A stretch of 32,000 nucleotides of DNA from Xylanibacter ruminicola 23 (GTDB taxonomy: Bacteria; Bacteroidota; Bacteroidia; Bacteroidales; Bacteroidaceae). The notes below the pieces were generated by a model. It ran no database searches. It worked only from the letters and a program-made list of their open reading frames with translations, and was not told the DNA's origin. The translations under genes were made by a program, and so were the position numbers. This document shows, in pieces, positions 6,395-13,351 of this stretch (position 1 is its first letter; every line of letters begins with the position of its first letter). The DNA lies in NCBI RefSeq assembly GCF_000025925.1, contig NC_014033.1:420001-452000 (forward strand), given 5' to 3'.

Positions 6395-8407
6395 ATGCCA
6401 ATATTAGAAAAAAACTGTAAATGGATATTTGGGCACCAAGACGACGTGAATGTTAAGGGACCTAATAATTCCACAATGATGTCTTTCAAGGATGATAATT
6501 TCCATTCCTTAGTAAGAGAATCCATCCAGAACTCTTTGGATGCTGTTGACGACAAAAACCAACCAGTTAATGTTTCATTTACTTTGAGACAATTTGATGG
6601 AATGGAGTATCCTTCGTTCTTTGATTTATACAAGCATATACAAGGATGTTTAGACAAGTTCCCTGTACAGGGAGAACCTCTTTACAGGCCTATGCTACGT
6701 TATTTTGCCTCATCACGATTGAATCAGAGTATTAATTATTTGAAAATTACTGATTCCAATACTAAAGGTATGGAATACGATAAAAAAAATGATAATTCTG
6801 GATTCAATAGATTTATAGCTGAAGGTGTCGCTCAAGATGCGGAAGGGGCAGGTGGAGCATTTGGATTTGGCAAGAATGCATTTTGGTCTTTATCACCAAT
6901 TAGTACGGTCTTCGTCTCTTCTCAAGCAAAGAATGGGGAGGCTTGTTTCGCTGGAATATCAAAATTGTGTACGCATGTTGTTGATGGAGAACTGTTACTT
7001 CCTTATGGAAAATATACATCAAATGGAGAAGTCGTTCTGACAAAGAAAGAAGATATTCCAGAAACCTTCACACCAAAGGCTACTGGAACGTCTGTATTTG
7101 TATTAGGAATTGATTCGGTAGATGAAGATGCTTTAATTAAGGCGGTTCTTCGAAATTTCTGGATGGCCATCTATAAAAAACAACTCACCGTAAAGGTTGA
7201 ACAGAAAGTAATAGATAGTGACCATCTGGAAGATCTTATGTGTCATTATTTTGATGAAGAAAATCCGAATCTCGATAAGAATTACGAATACAATCCCAGA
7301 GTATTCTATGAGATTGTTAGAAATGCAGAAAAAAGTGTTGATGGTTATAAAATCATCGAAGAACCTGTTCTGATGGATGGCAAGAACTGCGTGTCTAAGC
7401 TATATATTCATCTGAAGAATGATGCACAAGGTCAGGTCGTCTTCATGCGAAGTCAGATGATGACTATTTTTACAGAGCGAAGAAAGTGCAAAGGAGCTGA
7501 AGGTGTGTTCGTTTGTGATTCGGAAGATGGCAACAGGTTCTTAAGAGAACTAGAAGATTATACTCATAGTTCATGGTCAAGAAAAAACTATGGTGCAAGA
7601 AACCATACTAACCTAATCGTGGCATCTCGTGCACTTAAGGCAATTGACACTTTCATCCTAGATTCTGTTGCGAAGGAATTACAGCAGGGAGCGCAGGAGA
7701 CTGAGCAGGTGGCAGGTCTTGATAAGATTCTGACTATCCTGACTCCAAAGGGTGTTGATGACGAATCCAAGAAAGACGATATTGTTGATTTGGAGAATTA
7801 TAAGGACAAACCCAATCCCCCCAAAAAAGATAAGAAAGAAAAGCCGAAAACGATTCGTCAGCCCCGTCAGACTAAAGCAAAATTCGATCCACAAGGACGT
7901 CTGCGTTCGAATAGTGGAGGCAGAAGGAAGGTACGCCCTATAAAACCTGGTCCTGTGAAACCTGGATCACTAAAAGGTAAATCAATCGAATCTACAGATG
8001 GCAAAATGGGTATTTATGCAGTACCTATAGATGTAAGCTATCGCACTTGGAGTGAAGAAGACGGCAATGGTACTGTTTGGCATGTAGTCCGTTTGTTCTC
8101 TGATAAGGATATTGATAACGCGTTGGTTCAGCTTTATGCCGTCGACGAAGAAGGAAAGAAGATGGGTTTGAATATTATTGATGCCGGAGAGTATGATGTG
8201 CGCCCGGGTGAAGAATTCGTCGATTCTACTGATTTTGATGATTCTGAAACTGATTCCGAATCTACTACAAAGCAGGTAAACAACGCAATCTCCGGTGTTT
8301 CAATTCAAGCTAATATACCAAAAACGATTAAGGTGCGTTTTAATTCTAGTTTAAAATACTCACTAAGTATTGATACCGATAAAATAGAAGATAGCGATGA
8401 AGATTAA
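6395..8407 (+). CDS. GHKL-superfamily (Hsp90/MORC/HATPase_c_3-like) ATPase with a K/P-rich linker and an uncharacterised C-terminal domain
   Basis: N-box: RESIQNSLDA (E42, N46, D49). G1-like: ITDSNTKGM. G2-like: GAGGAFGFGKNAFW. A basic low-complexity linker (KDKPNPPKKDKKEKPKTIRQPRQTKAK...RRKVRPIKPGPVKPGSLKGK) spans about 7786-7980. The C-terminal domain ends in an acidic stretch (DSTDFDDSETDSES). Confidence 0.75.
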   Translation: MPILEKNCKWIFGHQDDVNVKGPNNSTMMSFKDDNFHSLVRESIQNSLDAVDDKNQPVNVSFTLRQFDGMEYPSFFDLYKHIQGCLDKFPVQGEPLYRPMLRYFASSRLNQSINYLKITDSNTKGMEYDKKNDNSGFNRFIAEGVAQDAEGAGGAFGFGKNAFWSLSPISTVFVSSQAKNGEACFAGISKLCTHVVDGELLLPYGKYTSNGEVVLTKKEDIPETFTPKATGTSVFVLGIDSVDEDALIKAVLRNFWMAIYKKQLTVKVEQKVIDSDHLEDLMCHYFDEENPNLDKNYEYNPRVFYEIVRNAEKSVDGYKIIEEPVLMDGKNCVSKLYIHLKNDAQGQVVFMRSQMMTIFTERRKCKGAEGVFVCDSEDGNRFLRELEDYTHSSWSRKNYGARNHTNLIVASRALKAIDTFILDSVAKELQQGAQETEQVAGLDKILTILTPKGVDDESKKDDIVDLENYKDKPNPPKKDKKEKPKTIRQPRQTKAKFDPQGRLRSNSGGRRKVRPIKPGPVKPGSLKGKSIESTDGKMGIYAVPIDVSYRTWSEEDGNGTVWHVVRLFSDKDIDNALVQLYAVDEEGKKMGLNIIDAGEYDVRPGEEFVDSTDFDDSETDSESTTKQVNNAISGVSIQANIPKTIKVRFNSSLKYSLSIDTDKIEDSDED

Positions 8408-9263
8408 TAGTTCTTTTCCCCATCCAGTATTAGGGGTTAATAAAGGTGTTATGCCAGATCTTGAGGACGATGCGTTGCAGCTTGTCTCGATAGATGAAAC
8501 TTCCGATACATATGTATATAATTTTGCATTAAAGCAAAATAATGACCAGATTACGCAGTATATAACAGAGAAGCGTGCTAAGTATGTATGCGAGGTTGAT
8601 TGTGTTAGGACTTTTTATAAGGACACGTTTTCTTATGAAACTTCTGATATCAAAGTCGAAATTAAGAAAGCAAATGTTACAGGTCATGTTGATTTCTATT
8701 TTTATATAGTAACCAAGTTTGGACTTCCTGCTTATACAAATAGGTTTAATGACGACTATCGTGATCCTGACACAGGCGCGATGCCTTCGTTTAAGTTGGA
8801 TACCGGAGCTGTTCTCGCTGCGTTTGGGAAATATAGCGACGACGTAAATACTCGTTTTAATAACAAGCCCGACCTGAAATCATTCATACAGGTAGTTAAA
8901 CGTCAAGATACTGAGAAGAATGTTGATATCACGTTGACTAACGATACCATCAACATAGAGCTACCTGTGGATATGTTTACCGACTTCGTTGCATTTAACC
9001 AGGATCAGTATAGAGGCATTTTCTACACATCTTTGATTTTTAATGCTCTTGTAAAAGGCATTTTGAATCTTGAAAAGAAAGAAGACTCTACATGGGCTGA
9101 TAGTATTAAGGCTATGGTCGAGGCGAGTCCTGATAAATACAAAGGCTTGTCATTAGATGAACCAACTGATGCTGTTGATATTGCAACTATTATGCTATCA
9201 AATATAGCATATGGGTCACCTTACGATTTGTTATTTAAGTGTATTAATGAACTCCAAGTATAA
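8397..9263 (+). CDS. Hypothetical protein (288 aa), second gene of the GHKL operon
   Basis: The ATG at 8397 overlaps the upstream stop (8405-8407) by 11 nt. I recognise no motif. Confidence 0.7.
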   Translation: MKINSSFPHPVLGVNKGVMPDLEDDALQLVSIDETSDTYVYNFALKQNNDQITQYITEKRAKYVCEVDCVRTFYKDTFSYETSDIKVEIKKANVTGHVDFYFYIVTKFGLPAYTNRFNDDYRDPDTGAMPSFKLDTGAVLAAFGKYSDDVNTRFNNKPDLKSFIQVVKRQDTEKNVDITLTNDTINIELPVDMFTDFVAFNQDQYRGIFYTSLIFNALVKGILNLEKKEDSTWADSIKAMVEASPDKYKGLSLDEPTDAVDIATIMLSNIAYGSPYDLLFKCINELQV

Positions 9264-9274
9264 CAGGAATAGAT

Positions 9275-10081
9275 ATGGAATTACAAAGAATTTTTACACC
9301 AGAATATGTCAATCAGTTGGTAAACGACATAAATCCCGATAACTATAAAGGCGATATTGCTATTTATAATGCCAATGAAGTTAGGCGCTTAAAGGGAGTA
9401 GAGAAGCCAGATGGGTTATTGGAGAAAATGCTGAATGCTGCTGATGAATATGAAGCAGCTATACATCTGTACGAGGCATATAAAAGCATCAGTCCAGTTG
9501 TTGCTGCCAGCCGCTCGTTCTGGATATATCTTACGCATGTTGATTTGTTTAAGTATGTTAAGCGCGAATGGCCCTATTTGGAGATTTACGAGGTAGATCA
9601 TAAATTCAGAAAACAGAAAAGGGGTGATAAACGTTCAGAAACAGATATGAAAAAATATATTCTCGATCATTGGATGATTTCCCCTAATGGTTTAATGAGA
9701 ACTTCATTGATGAATCTGTGGTGGTCTGTATATCTTACTGTCGATGAGTCATTGGGTGATGACCATAAATACGATCTTACGAAGGTATTCTTCAGTAATA
9801 ACGGTATGCGTACTCGAAGATTGGGAACAGGTCATCTTGGCCGCAATAAAGAAGCTCTTAAGGGTATACTTACTTTTATGAAAGACAATCCTGATGTTTT
9901 CGAAAGTGGTTTGGAGAATCGTATGATTTGGATAACTCGCCATTTTAATCTAATTGGCGGTACAAAGCCTTTGGCAAATCTACCTTACACTTTCTTTAAG
10001 CGCGAACTTGAAAAGAATCGTGATCTTTTGAAGGGTATTAGCAAACGAGAAGATGTGATGGGACCAAATGCTATTATCTAG
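9275..10081 (+). CDS. Hypothetical protein (268 aa), third gene of the GHKL operon
   Basis: It starts 11 nt after the upstream stop. The protein is W-rich and basic with no recognised motif. It is followed by a hairpin at 10084-10116. Confidence 0.7.
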   Translation: MELQRIFTPEYVNQLVNDINPDNYKGDIAIYNANEVRRLKGVEKPDGLLEKMLNAADEYEAAIHLYEAYKSISPVVAASRSFWIYLTHVDLFKYVKREWPYLEIYEVDHKFRKQKRGDKRSETDMKKYILDHWMISPNGLMRTSLMNLWWSVYLTVDESLGDDHKYDLTKVFFSNNGMRTRRLGTGHLGRNKEALKGILTFMKDNPDVFESGLENRMIWITRHFNLIGGTKPLANLPYTFFKRELEKNRDLLKGISKREDVMGPNAII

Positions 10082-10083
10082 TA

Positions 10084-10116
10084 AATAAGCGTCGGGATAT
10101 TGTCCTGACGCTTATT
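10084..10116. terminator. Bidirectional hairpin terminator (AATAAGCGTC...GACGCTTATT)
   Basis: A 10-bp perfect stem (10084-10093 and 10107-10116) carries extra inner pairs. It sits between the stop at 10081 (+) and the reconstructed pre-insertion vsr stop at 10115-10117 (-). Confidence 0.6.
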
Positions 10117-10180
10117 ACTTATTTGTCATTTCTTCGGCTGCTTTTAGCATCGGGAAATCCTCTTCATGCTGATATCGCTG

Positions 10181-10262
10181 TATCGGTACCAAGTGTAACA
10201 CTGTAATCGGTACCATGCTAGCGCTGCAATCGGTACCGTCCGTATCGCTGCAAACGGTACCA
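10181..10262. repeat. IS21 subterminal repeat array, istB-proximal end (4 copies, 23-24-bp period)
   Basis: GGTACC cores lie at 10185, 10209, 10232 and 10256 within (A/T)ATCGGTACC contexts. Confidence 0.8.
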
Positions 10263-10298
10263 TGATCATCGGCTCTGCCTAACTGGGTGCAAAGATAA

Positions 10299-11030
10299 TT
10301 ATTTTTTCTTTTTCTGACGCATAGAATCACCTTTTAATTCAATTTTATTCGCATTTGACACCAATCTGTCCATGATGGCATCGGCCAGAGTGGGATCTCC
10401 TATGTAGTCATACCATTTATTAATAGGCAGCTGAGAGACGATGATAACGGACTTCCTCTCATACCTTTCTTCTAGTATCTGCAGCATGGCCAGACGTGTG
10501 TTGGTGTCCATTGGTTGCAGTCCAAAGTCATCGAGTATAAGCAGGTCGTTCCGCTCAAGTGAAGTGATCATTTTCAGGAAGGTACCATCGAGCTTGCTGA
10601 GTGCCACCTTCTCTACGAAGCTGTTCATATTGAGGTAAGCCGTCCTGTATCCTAACATACAAGCCTGGCGCCCTAAGGCGCAGGCAATAAAAGATTTTCC
10701 ACATCCGCACTTGCCCTGTATGAGCAAGTTCTCATGGCGACGTATAAAGGAGCAGTCTGCAAATGCTGCAAGATCGTCCTTCGTAAAGTTACGGTCCGTG
10801 CCGCAGATAACGTCCTCTATCAGTGCGGTATATCTTAATCGACTAGTCTTGAGATACATCTCTGTCTTGCGGTTCCTTCTGTCCTGAGCTTCTGCCTCTG
10901 CCAGCCTGGCTATAGTTGCTTCCATTGCTGGGCGGTTCTGTACTGGCAGACTGAGGATTGACTCAAAAGCATCTGCCATGCCCTTGAGTTTGAGTTCTCT
11001 GAGTTGTATAACGGTTTCTTGTGAGTTCAT
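10299..11030 (-). CDS. istB: IS21-family helper ATPase IstB
   Basis: Walker A reads LIQGKCGCGKSF and Walker B reads LLILDDFG. It lies immediately downstream of istA. Confidence 0.9.
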   Translation of the reverse strand: MNSQETVIQLRELKLKGMADAFESILSLPVQNRPAMEATIARLAEAEAQDRRNRKTEMYLKTSRLRYTALIEDVICGTDRNFTKDDLAAFADCSFIRRHENLLIQGKCGCGKSFIACALGRQACMLGYRTAYLNMNSFVEKVALSKLDGTFLKMITSLERNDLLILDDFGLQPMDTNTRLAMLQILEERYERKSVIIVSQLPINKWYDYIGDPTLADAIMDRLVSNANKIELKGDSMRQKKKK

Positions 11031-11046
11031 AATTATAATTTTGATG

Positions 11047-12600
11047 TTAGATATTAAATGCTTCTGCTCCCCTTACGTAGTCGTTCTGGGGCATCTGTGA
11101 TACAGGTTCCTGATCGCCTGCCATGTCGAGGTTCTTCTCCAGGATATTCTTTATCATCGTATAGTTGACAGACCTATATCCAGCAAGCCTTTTGCAAGCA
11201 TTCTCAAGTCTTATACTGCCATATCTGCGATTCAGACTGAGTACGCCATGACATGAGCCATAATTCTGCTCTACATGTCTGCTACGCTTAAGAATCGCCT
11301 CCATAGCCTGTCTTGTATAAGGCCCGATTTCTTCCGACTTTTCCAGGAAGTAGGCTGCATTGCACGCCTTTGTACGCATGTATTCCAGATGCTCGGGAGG
11401 CATATCTTCATCATGGGTAAAGGGATCCTTGATGCCATAACGGTCGTGCGTACTGATACGTGTATTGCCAGCGTAGACCTCCACAGTGTCGATATCCCAT
11501 ACGACGGTAAGATGTTGTCCTACATACTGATATGGCACGCTATATTTACGGCCTGCCACTTGTACATGATAGTTACCTGACAGCTTGACCTCTTTGCGAT
11601 AACGGAAGCGGAAAGGAGTATCAGGCAGTTCTCCAAGAGATGGTTTCTCTTCTGCCTCAAAAATGTCAAAACGACTTCTGCCTGTAACTTTCGATGGTTT
11701 TGAGTTAAAATCATCCAGCAGTTCTGAAATACGGCTGTTCATGCTGTTCAGGTCACTGATAACCTCATCATGAAGAGGCGCATAGATAGCGTTGTAGATT
11801 TTCCTGACTGCACCTTCTACAGAGCCTTTATCGCGAGGTTTCCTTACGCGACACGCTTCAAGCGTTGTGTCGTAGTATGCAGCCCATTCTAGCGCAGCGT
11901 CAGTGAAAACAGGTTCGTAACGGTCGTTCTTCTTTACCCATTGCTTCATGTTGTCACTCTTGGCTCTGCGCACTGTCCCTCCAAAATAGCTGAAGGCATC
12001 AGATAAACCTCCAAAGAAATACTCCATAGAGGCGTCAGGAAGTGCCTTTGCATAAGCCATTCCACTGAAAGGAAGCGTGCAGACTAACACCACTACGCTG
12101 GTGATTTCGCCTGTCAGAGGGTCTGTTAGCCACAAGGCATCACCAGCAAAGTCAATCTGCATCTCTTCACCAGGCATATAGGTGTTATGAAAACTCAAGT
12201 TGTGGGCATACTGATAGTCACGGATAGCTTTCTTAAACTGAGTGTAACCATAGCCGTCGGGATGTTCACGCTTATAGTTCTCATGGAGATGCTGTATGGT
12301 CAGATAGCGGTTATGGGCCAGATCTGACACATAATCAGGAATCAGACCATCGAGGACAATTCTGGCATCAGATGGTGCTGATTCGGGTCTTGTTGACTTG
12401 AGGAACGACTCAAGGTCGACCTCGTTCATGCGGCCTCCATCTGCATACGACAGATGTCTTTCATCAGCCGCCTTCTTGTACTTGGCAAGTACGCCACGTC
12501 CCATGTGCAGTTGTCCACAGATTTCGCGGTGTGGGATGCTTGCCGCCAGCATTTGAAATGCTCTTTTTAACTTGCTCATTGTTACATTTTGGTTTGCCAT
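11047..12600 (-). CDS. istA: IS21-family transposase IstA (HTH + DDE)
   Basis: 517 aa. The N-terminal HTH-like region reads SIPHREICGQLHMGRGVLAKY and the central integrase-core region reads MQIDFAGD. Gene order and size are typical of IS21. Confidence 0.9.
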   Translation of the reverse strand: MANQNVTMSKLKRAFQMLAASIPHREICGQLHMGRGVLAKYKKAADERHLSYADGGRMNEVDLESFLKSTRPESAPSDARIVLDGLIPDYVSDLAHNRYLTIQHLHENYKREHPDGYGYTQFKKAIRDYQYAHNLSFHNTYMPGEEMQIDFAGDALWLTDPLTGEITSVVVLVCTLPFSGMAYAKALPDASMEYFFGGLSDAFSYFGGTVRRAKSDNMKQWVKKNDRYEPVFTDAALEWAAYYDTTLEACRVRKPRDKGSVEGAVRKIYNAIYAPLHDEVISDLNSMNSRISELLDDFNSKPSKVTGRSRFDIFEAEEKPSLGELPDTPFRFRYRKEVKLSGNYHVQVAGRKYSVPYQYVGQHLTVVWDIDTVEVYAGNTRISTHDRYGIKDPFTHDEDMPPEHLEYMRTKACNAAYFLEKSEEIGPYTRQAMEAILKRSRHVEQNYGSCHGVLSLNRRYGSIRLENACKRLAGYRSVNYTMIKNILEKNLDMAGDQEPVSQMPQNDYVRGAEAFNI

Positions 12601-12676
12601 ATCTCGCTAAAGGTTTTGTATTTCCTTCGGCAAAGATAGTAATTAAACTTCAATGGCAGAACCGAAATGAACTTTT

Positions 12677-12830
12677 GGTACCGATTCGAGCGCTACAGCG
12701 GTACCGATTGGTGCGCTACGCTGGTACCGTTTGGAGTGCTATGATGGTACCGATTCAAGCGCTGCGGTGGTACCGATACAAGCGCTGCGGTGGTACCGAT
12801 ACAAGCGCTATGATGGTACCGTTTCGCCGA
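12677..12830. repeat. IS21 subterminal repeat array, istA-proximal end (7 copies, exact 23-bp period)
   Basis: GGTACC cores lie at 12677, 12700, 12723, 12746, 12769, 12792 and 12815. Each is followed by GAT or GTT and a GCGCT-containing spacer. Confidence 0.85.
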
Positions 12831-13344
12831 TATTATCATCTTCATCTATTTTTGGGTAGGGGCGTGTAGTTATTCTATGATCCTGAAGCCAAATGTGGTT
12901 AAGTGTGAATGCAATGGATTCTATGGTCTTCTCTCGCTTCTTTGGGGATAACTCACATTCCCATACTGTGATGCAATGCCATCCCATTTTTGCCAGTTCG
13001 CGTTGTTCCTCCTTGTCTCGTTCTTTGTTCCTTCTGATTTTCGCCACCCAAAACTCTCTATTCGTGTTTGGGATCCTACAACATGCACTATCTGTTATTA
13101 ACTCATCTCTATTGGTTTGTAGCAATGCCACATGGTGCCCATGCCAGAAGCAGCCGTTTACAAAGATGCAAGTACGATACTTTCTTAGTACAAGGTCGGG
13201 ATGACCAGGCAACCGCTTATGGTTCAGCCTGTATCTGAATCCTCGTTTCCATAGCCCACGTCGCACAACCATCTCTGGCTTCGTATCCTTCGAGCGGATT
13301 GCTGCCATATTCTGATGGCGTTGTTGAAGTGAGAGGTGATCCAT
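12808..13344 (-). CDS. vsr: Very-short-patch repair endonuclease (Vsr), with its 3' end replaced by the IS21 terminus
   Basis: Motifs: RSKDTKPEMVVRRGLWKRGFRYRL, LPGHPDLVL, IFVNGCFWHGH. The last 10 codons (DDNIGETVPS*) are read from IS sequence. Joining the flanks across the TSD restores ...KIDEEDFPMLKAAEEMTNK* in frame, ending at 10115. Confidence 0.85.
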   Translation of the reverse strand: MDHLSLQQRHQNMAAIRSKDTKPEMVVRRGLWKRGFRYRLNHKRLPGHPDLVLRKYRTCIFVNGCFWHGHHVALLQTNRDELITDSACCRIPNTNREFWVAKIRRNKERDKEEQRELAKMGWHCITVWECELSPKKREKTIESIAFTLNHIWLQDHRITTRPYPKIDEDDNIGETVPS

Positions 13345-13351
13345 ACAGATT

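Larger units (their letters stand above)
10167..12838 (-). mobile_element. IS21-family insertion sequence (about 2.67 kb), apparently intact, with a 6-bp target-site duplication TCTTCA
   Basis: istA and istB lie in tandem. The termini are TGCTGATATCG... (10167) and ...CGATATTATCA (12838), imperfect inverted repeats that start TG and end CA. Multiple subterminal GGTACCG-containing repeats are present at both ends. TCTTCA occurs at 10161-10166 and again at 12839-12844. Confidence 0.9.

Noticed and set aside
6280-6657. 125-aa minus-strand ORF across the GHKL gene start
   Set aside because: It overlaps the N-box-encoding part of the GHKL gene and repeat B. It has no promoter or motif support.
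10115-10330. 71-aa minus-strand ORF spanning the IS21 end
   Set aside because: It is chimeric. Its last 17 codons are the displaced original C-terminus of vsr and the rest reads through the IS21 terminal repeats. It is not an independent gene.
12677-12830. Possible CRISPR array (seven regularly spaced repeats)
   Set aside because: The period is only 23 bp and the 'spacers' are short and themselves conserved. An inverted array sits at the other IS end, and no cas genes are present. These are IS21 transposase-binding repeats.
12531-12869. 112-aa plus-strand ORF with repetitive peptide (MMVPIQALRWYRYKR...)
   Set aside because: It is a translation of the 23-bp IS21 subterminal repeat array and of the antisense strand of the istA start.
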